Below are positions 1-8,717 of a stretch of 42,607 nt of DNA, piece after piece. How positions within the stretch are numbered: the first letter of the stretch is position 1; the number at the start of each line of letters is the position of its first letter. The notes under the pieces were generated by a model. The model was not told the origin of the DNA and did no database searches. It worked only from the letters and a program-made list of their open reading frames with translations. Source of the stretch: Burkholderiaceae bacterium (GTDB lineage: Bacteria; Pseudomonadota; Gammaproteobacteria; Burkholderiales; Burkholderiaceae_C); NCBI GenBank assembly GCA_016936875.1, contig JAFGXB010000030.1, positions 1 to 42,607 of the forward strand. The letters are read 5' to 3'. A program made the position numbers and the translations under genes.

Positions 1-284
1 AGAACCTGAGTCTGGCGCATGCCGAGTTCCTCAGTCACAACCCGTCGCAGCCGCCAAGCAGCAAGTTCCCGCAGGGCCTGCCGTTTCTGTTTGCGCGCAA
101 GTTCACGGCAGAGTCGGAGCCCTTGCTGCAAGTTCTGCGGGCCAGCATTGCGGCGGCCGCACCGACCGCCGCAGACCCTCCCGGCACGGCGACGGCGCCG
201 ACTCTCCAGGAAGCGCAGGGCCGACCCAAGGGGCCTGACGCACAGCGACAGGTTGGGGGCGCTCTTGAGCAAGAGGCGGCCTGA
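1..284 (+). CDS. 3' fragment of a probable beta-1,6-N-acetylglucosaminyltransferase (Core-2/I-branching, GT14) family glycosyltransferase; 5' end lies outside the window
   Basis: Hand-translated frame 3 is open from the window start to TGA at 282-284 (NLSLAHAEFLSH...PFLFARKFTAESEPLL...). LFARKF is the typical C-terminal motif of GT14 proteins, and the context is an EPS cluster. Confidence 0.6.
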   Translation, partial: NLSLAHAEFLSHNPSQPPSSKFPQGLPFLFARKFTAESEPLLQVLRASIAAAAPTAADPPGTATAPTLQEAQGRPKGPDAQRQVGGALEQEAA

Positions 285-322
285 CCCGCGCGCCATAGCC
301 TCACCTCCACCGCACACCCACT

Positions 323-1228
323 ATGCATGTTTTTTTCTACCGCGGTGAACTCACCAATTTCGGTGACGAGTTGAACCTCTGGCTCTGGCCGCGCCTGCTG
401 GACGGCGCGTTCGACGGCGAGGGCGATCTGTTCTTTGGCATCGGCTCGAACATCCGCGAGGGCTTCCCCGCAAAGCGGCGCAAGGTGGTGCTTGGCGCCG
501 GGTATGGCGGCTACTCCCCGCTGCCCGCAATGGACGGGTCGTGGACCTTTTACTTTGTCCGCGGCAAGCTGACCGCACGCGCCCTCGGGTTGAACGACGA
601 CCTGGGTATCGGCGATGCCGGCATCTACATCCGCTCCTGCGGAGTGCCACGGCAGCGCATCCCCGGCAAGGTGGCGTTCATTCCGCATTGGGAGAGCATC
701 TGGCGCGGGAGCTGGCAGGAAGTCTGTGCCCTGGCCGGGCTGCATTTTGTCGATCCGACCGGGCCGGTTGACGCGGTGCTGGCCGACATCGCCAGCGCCG
801 ACTACGTCATCACCGAGGCGATGCACGGCGCCATCATTGCCGACGCGCTGCGCGTGCCGTGGATTCCCATTCGGCCCGTGCATCACACCCATCACATGAA
901 GTGGCACGACTGGGCCTCGGCGCTCGGCATGGACTTCGACTGGGAGCGCATTCCCGGAAGTTCACTGCTCGAAATGGCGTTGCGGCATGCCCCGTCGGGC
1001 GGACGCATGTCCCGCGCGCTGTCCCGCCAGCGCAGGGCTACCGCACTGCTGCGCGACAGCACGCCGCGCTGGGTGATCCAGCGCGCCGCCGATCATCTGG
1101 ACACCCTGGCCAGCATGACCGCGCCGCGGCTGAGCGGCGATAGCGCCATCGAATCCGTGCATTCAAGAATGCTCGACCAACTCCAGCGATTTACTCAACA
1201 GGAGGGCGTTGGCCGTGTTCTCGTTTGA
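323..1228 (+). CDS. Polysaccharide pyruvyl transferase family protein (ExoV-like)
   Basis: N-terminal NFGDELNxWLW, GIGS, VRGKLTA, FIPHWES and ITEAMHGAIIADALRVPW motifs are typical of ExoV/pyruvyltransferases. Confidence 0.85.
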   Translation: MHVFFYRGELTNFGDELNLWLWPRLLDGAFDGEGDLFFGIGSNIREGFPAKRRKVVLGAGYGGYSPLPAMDGSWTFYFVRGKLTARALGLNDDLGIGDAGIYIRSCGVPRQRIPGKVAFIPHWESIWRGSWQEVCALAGLHFVDPTGPVDAVLADIASADYVITEAMHGAIIADALRVPWIPIRPVHHTHHMKWHDWASALGMDFDWERIPGSSLLEMALRHAPSGGRMSRALSRQRRATALLRDSTPRWVIQRAADHLDTLASMTAPRLSGDSAIESVHSRMLDQLQRFTQQEGVGRVLV

Positions 1229-1297
1229 CCGCAGCGCGCCCGCGCCCCGCGCCCGCCACCACGGCCCCTGCCGTGTCACCCCGCGCCGGGAGCGGGC

Positions 1298-2776
1298 ATG
1301 AGTCAGACCCCACAGAGCAGCATCAAGGACAAGGCGTTTTCCGCAGTGCGCTGGACGACGGCGGGCATGGCGGCGGGTGTGGTCATGAAGCTGATGCAAG
1401 TATTCATCCTGACTCGGATCCTCACGCCATCCGATTACGGCGTCATGGCCATCGTGGCCGCCGTGCTGACCTTCCCGTGGGTGATCAACGACACCGGGAT
1501 GAACAGCGCCTACATCCACCGCCGCAACGTCAGCGATAACGAACGCTCCAGCCTGTTCTGGGGTAACGTCCTCTTTGCCGTCCTGCTTGGCGGGGTGGTG
1601 CTGGCGATTGCGCCACTCATCGCCTGGATCTATGGCGATGCGCGACTGTTCCCCTTGCTCGCGCTGTCGTCGCTGACTTTCCTCATCGTTGGCCTGGGCT
1701 CGCAGTACCGCTTGAACGCGGAAAAGCAGTTGCGCTTCAAGCCCATGGCCTTCATCGAAATTGCCGCCGCGATTGCCGGCACCGCCACCGCCGTGTTCAC
1801 CGCCATGGCCGGTGCCGGTCCGTACACCCTGGTCTTTGCGAGTCTGGCGCGCTCCGTGGTCAATACCGCGCTGTGCTGGGCCTATCTGTCGACCGACTGG
1901 AAGCCGGCCTGGCACCTGAGCTGGCTGGAGCTGCGGCCCTATCTGCGGTTTGGCGTGGCGGCGGTGTCGAGCGCCATCATCGACAACATCAACCGCAGCC
2001 TGGATGTGGTGGTGCTGGGCAAGTTCGTGCCAGCCGTGAGCCTGGGCCTTTACAGCGTGCCGCGCAACTTTGTCGAAATCGTGCAGCAACTGGTCAACAA
2101 CATCATCTCCCGCGTGGGCTTTCCGCTGATTTCCAGCGTGCAGCACGACCGCAACAAGGTGAACACCATCATGGCCTCGGCGCTCAACATCGTCGGCGCG
2201 CTCAATGCGCCGCTGTATGTGGGCATGGCGCTGTTTGCCGATCCGCTGGTGCGCGTGCTGTTCGGCGCGCAGTGGCATGGCGTCGGCCATTTGCTGGCCC
2301 TTCTTTGCGTCGTGGGCTATGTGCGCTCCATGCTCGCGCCCACCCGCGGCCTGCTCCTCGGCCTTGGGCTGGCGCGGCTTGAGTTGTGGTGGAACCTGGG
2401 CATTCTGGTCATTACCCTGCCGGCCATCGTCTTCGGCGCGATGCATGGCCCCGAGTGGCTCGCCATCAGCCTGGCCGCAGCCTGCACGCTGCTGCTGTTG
2501 CCCACCTGGTACGGCGTGTACCGGCTGCAGGCAGGCATCAGCCTGGCGCAGTATGCGGTGCTGGTGCTGCGCCCGCTGGCGCTCTCGGTGCTGTGCATGC
2601 TGCCTGCGGTCTTTTTGGCGCGGGAGGTGAGCCAGCCTCTGGCCCAGCTCGCCATTGCCGCGCTGACAGCGGCGCCGCTGTATCTGCTGCTGAACGTGCT
2701 GCTCAACCGCCTGTTCGTCGATTCGGTTGTCCGGCTGCTGCTGGTGCGCCGTGCGCCGGGCGGGTCAAGGCCATGA
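1298..2776 (+). CDS. wzx: Wzx-type polysaccharide flippase (PST/MOP family, WzxC-like)
   Basis: 492 aa polytopic membrane protein with ILTRILTPSDYG, LRFKPMAFIE and LGLYSVP motifs. GGAG RBS upstream. Confidence 0.88.
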   Translation: MSQTPQSSIKDKAFSAVRWTTAGMAAGVVMKLMQVFILTRILTPSDYGVMAIVAAVLTFPWVINDTGMNSAYIHRRNVSDNERSSLFWGNVLFAVLLGGVVLAIAPLIAWIYGDARLFPLLALSSLTFLIVGLGSQYRLNAEKQLRFKPMAFIEIAAAIAGTATAVFTAMAGAGPYTLVFASLARSVVNTALCWAYLSTDWKPAWHLSWLELRPYLRFGVAAVSSAIIDNINRSLDVVVLGKFVPAVSLGLYSVPRNFVEIVQQLVNNIISRVGFPLISSVQHDRNKVNTIMASALNIVGALNAPLYVGMALFADPLVRVLFGAQWHGVGHLLALLCVVGYVRSMLAPTRGLLLGLGLARLELWWNLGILVITLPAIVFGAMHGPEWLAISLAAACTLLLLPTWYGVYRLQAGISLAQYAVLVLRPLALSVLCMLPAVFLAREVSQPLAQLAIAALTAAPLYLLLNVLLNRLFVDSVVRLLLVRRAPGGSRP

Positions 2777-2880
2777 GCGCGCCGGGCCGCTCCCAAGCGC
2801 GCATCCCGCAGCGCATCGCGCGGAGGGTTGTCCAATGAGCGCGCCGGGCCGCTCCCAAGCTCGCATCCCGCAGCGCCTGG
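2773..2880 (+). repeat. Tandem duplication (62 bp period) of a palindromic element; the first copy forms a 21-aa mini-ORF (2773-2838) coupled by ATGA overlaps on both sides
   Basis: ATGAGCGCGCCGGGCCGCTCCCAAGC[G/T]CGCATCCCGCAGCGC occurs at 2773 and 2835. ATG 2773 overlaps the wzx TGA, and TGA 2836-2838 overlaps ATG 2835. Confidence 0.9.
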
Positions 2881-4079
2881 TGCGGCGTGCAATCGGCGGC
2901 GTGGCGCTGGCGTTGTTGTGCGCTGCGCTTCCCGCGCAGGCTGCGGAATTTCCGCCTGCGTTGGCGCATGACGCGCCGGGACTGCAGCCGGTGGTCGGGT
3001 TGCAGCACACCTGTTCGAGCAATCTGTTCGGCTTGCGCAGCGGCGCGGCGGCGCAGCGCCTGTTCGGCGATCCGCAGCTCTCCGATTGCTGGACCGCTGC
3101 GCAGGGCGGGGTGCGCTTCGACAACGACGGTGAAGTGGGCCGTCTGCACGGCCATGCCCTGATCGAGCGCACACAGTACCGCCACTACCGCGTGCTGAAT
3201 TTCACCGGCCACGATGTCCTGCTGGCCTACACCCTCAACCATGCACCGCAATGGAGCTTGTACGCCTCGGCCAGCGACCGCTCGGCACAGCAGAACCTGG
3301 CCATCCTGCAAGCGCCTTTGCCCGATCTGGTGCGCAGACAGGTGCTGGCAGTCGGCGGGGCGCGCCGCATCGCCGGGCCGTTTGACATGACCGCCGACGC
3401 CGCGTTCATCCGCGTTGCCAACGGGGCTGTCAGCCAGCGCCCCTACGACACGCGCATCGACCTGGTGCGCCTAGGGCCGCGTTACACCAGCGCGGCGGGC
3501 AACAGCATCGGCTATGTGCTGACGCTGCTGCAGGGTCGCTATCCCCATGCCGCCTTGCAAACAGGCAATGCGCCGCTGGCCGATTACCGTCAGGTTGAGA
3601 ATGGCGCGCAGTTCAACTGGTCGGACGATGCCTTCTGGCAGGTGTCGGGCACGGCGGGTTATCTGCGGTACACCGCGCCCAGCCTGCCGGCGCTGAACTT
3701 CAGCGGCGTGGTGGCCGATATGCAGGCCAAGCTCGCCGTGAGCGACAAGACCGCGCTGGGCCTGACGCTCTACCGCAAGCTCGCGGCCTACAACACCCCC
3801 ACCACCAACTATCAGGTCATCACCGGCGCGCAATTGAGCGCAACGTGGACGGTTGACGCCGCCGTGCGCCTGCAGGCCGACTTCACGCACGATACGGCGA
3901 TTTTCCCCGGCACCTCCCGACGCGACCGCATTCAAGGCGGCGGGCTCACCGTGGCCTATCTGCCCCGGCCGGGCACACAACTTGCATTGCGCTATGCACG
4001 GTCGTCCCGCAGCTCCAATGCGCTCGACGAAAGCTACAGCAACAACATCTTGAGCCTGAGCCTGCAGCAAGCGTTCTGA
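2835..4079 (+). CDS. Outer-membrane beta-barrel protein for polysaccharide export (EpsL-like)
   Basis: Signal peptide ending ALPAQA, alternating amphipathic strands, C-terminal LSLSLQQAF. Lies directly upstream of the OPX/PCP genes. Start taken as ATG 2835. Confidence 0.72.
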   Translation: MSAPGRSQARIPQRLVRRAIGGVALALLCAALPAQAAEFPPALAHDAPGLQPVVGLQHTCSSNLFGLRSGAAAQRLFGDPQLSDCWTAAQGGVRFDNDGEVGRLHGHALIERTQYRHYRVLNFTGHDVLLAYTLNHAPQWSLYASASDRSAQQNLAILQAPLPDLVRRQVLAVGGARRIAGPFDMTADAAFIRVANGAVSQRPYDTRIDLVRLGPRYTSAAGNSIGYVLTLLQGRYPHAALQTGNAPLADYRQVENGAQFNWSDDAFWQVSGTAGYLRYTAPSLPALNFSGVVADMQAKLAVSDKTALGLTLYRKLAAYNTPTTNYQVITGAQLSATWTVDAAVRLQADFTHDTAIFPGTSRRDRIQGGGLTVAYLPRPGTQLALRYARSSRSSNALDESYSNNILSLSLQQAF

Positions 4080-4104
4080 ATCATCCACCGGAGGTCGATC
4101 TGTC

Positions 4105-4899
4105 ATGCGTATCCGTCAACTGCTGCTTCTGGCTGGTTTCGTGCTCGCTCTTGCCGTCGGGTCCGCCCAGGCCGGGGAGTACATGCTCGGCACGGGCGAC
4201 ATCGTCAGCGTGAGCGTGTACGGCCATCCCGAGCTGGAGGTGAAGGCCGTTGAGGTGGACGCCAAGGGCGAGGTGGTGCTGCCCTTGCTGGGCTATGTCG
4301 CCATCGGCGGCATGAGCCCCACCGGCGCGGGCAAGGCCGTCGCCGCCAAGCTGAAGGAAGGCGGGTTCATCCTCAAGCCCTACGTCAACCTGCTGGTGGT
4401 CAAGTACGACAGCCAGCAGGCCGTGGTGCTCGGCAATGTCAACAAGCCCGGCCAATATGTGCTGCAGCGGGGCAGTCGGCTCACGGACTTGCTGGCGCAG
4501 GCCGGGGGCGTGAGCCCCACTGGGGCCGACACGGTCATTCTGCAACGCGACCAGAACGGCAAGCGGGTGGATACCTCCATTGCGCTCAACGGACTGTTTG
4601 CCGACGCGGCCCCCGCCGCCGACCCGACGATTGCCAGCGGCGACGTGATCTATGTGCCGCAGGCCCCGGTGTTCTACATCGAGGGCGAGGTGCAGAAGCC
4701 GGGCGCCTACCGGCTGGAGCCGGGCATGACGCTGTTGCAGGCCATCGCCCTGGGCGGCGGGCTGACGCGGCGCGGCACCGCCAGCGGAGCGGACATCCAC
4801 CGCCCCGGCGCAGGGGACAAGTTTGAAACGCTGTCGGCGCGCGCGGACACGCCCATCCGTGCCAACGATGTGATCAACATCGGGCAAAGCCTGTTCTAG
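4105..4899 (+). CDS. Polysaccharide export protein (OPX/Wza family, EpsE-like)
   Basis: Signal peptide, Poly_export motif YMLGTGDIVSVSVYGHPEL...VDAKGEVVLPLLG, and SLBB repeats (GNVNKPGQY, GEVQKPGAY). GGAGG RBS. Confidence 0.9.
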   Translation: MRIRQLLLLAGFVLALAVGSAQAGEYMLGTGDIVSVSVYGHPELEVKAVEVDAKGEVVLPLLGYVAIGGMSPTGAGKAVAAKLKEGGFILKPYVNLLVVKYDSQQAVVLGNVNKPGQYVLQRGSRLTDLLAQAGGVSPTGADTVILQRDQNGKRVDTSIALNGLFADAAPAADPTIASGDVIYVPQAPVFYIEGEVQKPGAYRLEPGMTLLQAIALGGGLTRRGTASGADIHRPGAGDKFETLSARADTPIRANDVINIGQSLF

Positions 4900-4907
4900 G
4901 AGCGACC

Positions 4908-6254
4908 ATGGACCTCCAGGGATTTCTACTCGTCCTGCGCGCGCGCTGGCTCCTCATCGCCGCACTCACCCTGCTCGCCGCAGGCGCGGCCGGCATCACG
5001 GCCAAGCTGCTGCCCAAGCACTACATGGCCAGCGCCTCGGTGGTGATCAACAGCCAGTACGTCAATCCGGTGACTGGCGCGCAGATGCAGGGCATGCTGC
5101 TCCCGGCTTATCTCAACACCCAGGCCATGATCCTGACTAACCGCACCACGGCGCTGAAAGTGGTGGACATGCTGCACCTGGCCGACGACCCGGCCCAGCA
5201 GGCGCTGTACGCCGCGCAGCCCAAGAACGCGGGAACGATCCAGGAATGGCTTGCGCAGCAACTCTTGTCGAAGTTCAAGGTCAACACCTCGGACCGCGAC
5301 AACATCATCAGCTTCAGCTACACCGCGCAAGACCCCGCGCAGGCCGCGCGCGTCACCAACGCGTTTCTCGACGCCTATGTGCAAACCAATCTGGCGCTGA
5401 AGACCGGCCCTGCGCAGCACACGGCGCAGTGGTACGCCGGCCAGCTCAAGACCATGCAGGCCCAGCTTGAACAGGCGCAGAACAAGCTCGTCGCCTACCA
5501 GAAGAAGCACGGCGTCATCCTGACGGATCAGGGTGTGCAGGCCACGCTGCCGCTGCAGGCCCTGGTCACGCAGCAGGCCCTGGCCGCCGCGCAGAACTAC
5601 GGCGATCTATCCAAGGCCCAGCACCTCGGCGAGCACAACGCCAATGTGATGAACGACCCGGTAGTGCAGGCGCTCAAGACCAGTCTCGCCCAGGCGCAGG
5701 CCAAGCTCAGCCAACTGGCCCAAACCGAAGGCGCCAACAACCCGCAATACCTCAGCGCACAGGCGGAAGTGAGCAGCCTGCAGCAGCGGCTGAACCAGCA
5801 GATCGCCTCGGTGCAAAGCGCGGTGCAGAACGCCGCGCAGGTGTCGCAGCAGAGCATGTCCGAACTGCAATCGGCCGTGCGCGCACAGCAGCAGCGGCTG
5901 ATGACCGACAACACGCTCAAGGCCGAGGGCCAGTTCCTGGTGCAGCAGGTTGCCAACGCCCAGCGCATCTACGACGCCACGCTGCGCAGCTATCAGGACA
6001 GTGAGTTGCAGTCCAAGTCGGACCAGACCGATATGTCGGTGCTCAGCCGCGCCGTGGCGCCGATGGCGCCCGTCGGTCCGCGCGCCCTGATCAGCGTGGC
6101 GCTGGGCGGTGCGCTCGGCCTCATTCTCGGCTTGTCCCTGGCACTGCTGCTGGAGCAGTTGCAGCGCAAGGTGCGCTCCGTCCAGGAAGTCATCGATCTC
6201 ACCGGCGCCCCCCTGCTGGGCCTGGTGCAGATGCGCCCCTTGCTGCTGCGATAG
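4908..6254 (+). CDS. Chain-length determinant / polysaccharide co-polymerase (EpsF/GumC-like)
   Basis: N-terminal TM with PKHYMASASVV, long Gln-rich coiled coil, C-terminal VLSRAVAPMAPVGP plus TM. Confidence 0.88.
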   Translation: MDLQGFLLVLRARWLLIAALTLLAAGAAGITAKLLPKHYMASASVVINSQYVNPVTGAQMQGMLLPAYLNTQAMILTNRTTALKVVDMLHLADDPAQQALYAAQPKNAGTIQEWLAQQLLSKFKVNTSDRDNIISFSYTAQDPAQAARVTNAFLDAYVQTNLALKTGPAQHTAQWYAGQLKTMQAQLEQAQNKLVAYQKKHGVILTDQGVQATLPLQALVTQQALAAAQNYGDLSKAQHLGEHNANVMNDPVVQALKTSLAQAQAKLSQLAQTEGANNPQYLSAQAEVSSLQQRLNQQIASVQSAVQNAAQVSQQSMSELQSAVRAQQQRLMTDNTLKAEGQFLVQQVANAQRIYDATLRSYQDSELQSKSDQTDMSVLSRAVAPMAPVGPRALISVALGGALGLILGLSLALLLEQLQRKVRSVQEVIDLTGAPLLGLVQMRPLLLR

Positions 6255-6262
6255 AGGCCACC

Positions 6263-7222
6263 ATGGATATTCCCGCCCCCCACGACCCGATTCCGGTGCG
6301 CATTGTGCGCCGCCAGATGGCGAACGACCTGGAGAACAGCATGAGCGCCTTGCCCGCAGAAGCGCGTCCTGGCGGTGCCATTCCCGCCGCGCTGAGCAAG
6401 GACCTCAAGCTCGGCCAGTTGCTGCTCGACTCGGGCAAGCTCAGCGCGGCAGACGCCGAGCGCGTGCTGCGCCTGCAGAAAACCGAGAACCTGCGCTTTG
6501 GCGATGCCGCCCTGCGCCTGGGCCTGGTGAGCGAGCAGGATCTGCTGCTCGCGCTGGCGCGGCAGTTCGACTATCCCTATCTCGCCCCCGGCGCCTTCGG
6601 CTTCAGCGAGGAGCTTGTGGCGGCGTACCAGCCCTTCACACCGCAGGTCGAGCAACTGCGCGCCTTGCGCAGCCAGCTCATGCTGCGCTGGTTCGGCACC
6701 GGGCAGCGCAGTCTGGCCCTGGTCGGCTCGGGGGCAACGGGCACGATGAGCAACCTCGCCGCCAATCTGGCCGTGGTGTTTTCCCAGCTCGGCGAACGCA
6801 CCCTGCTGATCGACGCCAATCTGCGCCGCCCCATGTTGCAGGGACTGTTCAACCTGCAGGCCCGGCAGGGCCTGTCCGACGTGCTGATCGGCCGCGCCAG
6901 CAGCGAAGTCGCCGTGCGCATCGAGCCGCTGCTCGGCCTCACCGTGCTGAGTGCTGGCACCCAGCCGCCCAACCCGGCGGAACTGCTGGCGCGGCCCGTG
7001 TTCTCCGGCCTGCTGGAGCGCAGCGCAGACCAGTTCGACGTCATTCTCGTCAACACCGCGCCCAGCAATCTTGCCGAAATTCTCCCGGTCTGCGCTGCCA
7101 CGCGCGGCGCGCTGCTCATGGTGGATCAGCACCGCAGCGCCGCAACAGAAGTGCGCGCCACGGCTGCGGCCATACAGCACGCCGGGCTCACGGTGGTGGG
7201 CAGCGTGCTCAACCAGCACTGA
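6263..7222 (+). CDS. EpsG-like chain-length determinant, BY-kinase (CpsD/CapB) fold with degenerate Walker motifs and an N-terminal MshEN-like repeat
   Basis: EQLRALRSQL, AANLAVVFSQLGERTLLIDANLRRP, GLSDVL, PPNPAELL and VVGSVLN motifs. Confidence 0.85.
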   Translation: MDIPAPHDPIPVRIVRRQMANDLENSMSALPAEARPGGAIPAALSKDLKLGQLLLDSGKLSAADAERVLRLQKTENLRFGDAALRLGLVSEQDLLLALARQFDYPYLAPGAFGFSEELVAAYQPFTPQVEQLRALRSQLMLRWFGTGQRSLALVGSGATGTMSNLAANLAVVFSQLGERTLLIDANLRRPMLQGLFNLQARQGLSDVLIGRASSEVAVRIEPLLGLTVLSAGTQPPNPAELLARPVFSGLLERSADQFDVILVNTAPSNLAEILPVCAATRGALLMVDQHRSAATEVRATAAAIQHAGLTVVGSVLNQH

Positions 7223-7238
7223 ACTGCACGGGCAGACC

Positions 7239-8717
7239 ATGTCACTGCCAATCGCCCCCCCTTCGCAGCACCGCCAGCGCGCGCTCATCGCGCTGACGGT
7301 GCTTGGCGGGGTTGCGCTGGCGCTGCTGGCAGGGGTGGCAGCGGGCAAGCTCGCCGCACTGGACGACCGCACCCACTTCGCCCTGCTGGTGGCGCTGCCA
7401 GCCGCTTTCGCCCTCGGCCTGCTGTTCGTCTATGCCCGCGAAACACTCTTGCTGCTCATCATCCTGTTCCGCGCCAACCTCGACCCCATGCTGAATATGA
7501 CCAAGGTCGGCGGCGGCGGTGCCGCCATCGGTCTGGGCGGGTTGCTCAACGCCCTGATCATCGGGCTCATCGTCATGGAACTGTTCAATCGCCGCCGCAT
7601 TCCAGTCGGCCGGCTCATGATGCAGACTTGGCTGCCACTGCTCGTCGTCATGGTGGGCACCCTGGTCATCACACCAAGGCTGGTGCCCGGCATCAAAAAC
7701 GACCTCGCACTGCTGTCCAACGCCGCCATCTTTCTGCTGGCGTTTGTGTATGTGCGCGACAAGGTCAGTCACGACGCCTGGATGCGGGCGGTGCTGCTCT
7801 CCACCATCGGCCCGCTGCTCTATGGCTACTACCAGATCGCTACGCACCAAGGTTTCTACGACGCGCAGGTGGGCATGCGCATCGACAGCACCTTCTCGCA
7901 TCCCAACATCTTCGCGTTCTATCTGGTGTTGATGGTGTCGCTGCTGTTTGTGGTGTGGCGCGGCGGCCTGCTGCCGGTGAGCACGCGGGTCCGCCAGTTG
8001 CTGCCGCTCTATATCCTGCTGCTGCTGTTCCTGCTGATGGCCACCAAAACCCGCAGCGCCTGGGGTGCGATGGCGTTCTTTTTCCTCGCCTACAGCCTGG
8101 TGATGGAACGCAAGCTGCTGCCGCTGCTGATCCTCGTTGGTCTGGCCTCTCTGCTGCTGCCCGATGTGCGCGAGCGCATCACCGAACTGACCACCGGCAA
8201 CAGCGGCATGTATTACCAGCAGCTCAACTCCTTCGCCTGGCGCAAGGAAATGTGGATTGCCGCACTGCACTTCATGACGCCATCGCACTACCTGTTCGGC
8301 TACGGCAAGGAGTCCTACGCGTTCTATTCGCAGATGTTCTACCCCTTGGGCAACGGCGAAGGCCCGCCCGCGCACAACGTGTACGTGCAGGTGTTCTTCG
8401 ACGGCGGCGTGCTGGGGCTGGCTGGTTTTGTCTGGCTGCTCATGGGCACCGGGGTGCTTGCCGCGGCAGTGCGCAAGACCGACCGCGTGGAGGGTTTTCT
8501 GCTCGTGATGCTGGTGCTGGAGTTCGCGCTGGTCTCGGTCTCCGACAATATGCTCGACTACCTGGTCTACAACTGGTACTTGTGGTTCGTGCTCGGTGTT
8601 GGCATCAGCCTGCATGCGGCCCGGTTGACGCAGCGCGCAGAAAATCCGGTGCCCAGTTCTGCCGCCGCAGCGCATCCGCGCCCCGTGCAGAGGCACATCT
8701 CGGGGAGGATGTCGTGA
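7239..8717 (+). CDS. O-antigen ligase / Wzy-like polysaccharide polymerase
   Basis: Multi-TM protein with RIDSTFSHPNIFAFY, TKTRSAW, SFAWR...W and AHNVYVQ motifs. Start assigned to ATG 7239. Confidence 0.85.
   Translation: MSLPIAPPSQHRQRALIALTVLGGVALALLAGVAAGKLAALDDRTHFALLVALPAAFALGLLFVYARETLLLLIILFRANLDPMLNMTKVGGGGAAIGLGGLLNALIIGLIVMELFNRRRIPVGRLMMQTWLPLLVVMVGTLVITPRLVPGIKNDLALLSNAAIFLLAFVYVRDKVSHDAWMRAVLLSTIGPLLYGYYQIATHQGFYDAQVGMRIDSTFSHPNIFAFYLVLMVSLLFVVWRGGLLPVSTRVRQLLPLYILLLLFLLMATKTRSAWGAMAFFFLAYSLVMERKLLPLLILVGLASLLLPDVRERITELTTGNSGMYYQQLNSFAWRKEMWIAALHFMTPSHYLFGYGKESYAFYSQMFYPLGNGEGPPAHNVYVQVFFDGGVLGLAGFVWLLMGTGVLAAAVRKTDRVEGFLLVMLVLEFALVSVSDNMLDYLVYNWYLWFVLGVGISLHAARLTQRAENPVPSSAAAAHPRPVQRHISGRMS

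Noticed and set aside
330-336. T7 run at the start of the pyruvyltransferase as a phase-variation tract
   Set aside because: It is short and simply encodes Val-Phe-Phe, with the frame intact.
7628-8713. Apparent 717-aa ORF extending the acyltransferase upstream through the polymerase gene
   Set aside because: The extension is Arg/Ala-rich sequence overlapping the real polymerase frame. The GTG at 8714 has an RBS and precedes the family motif.
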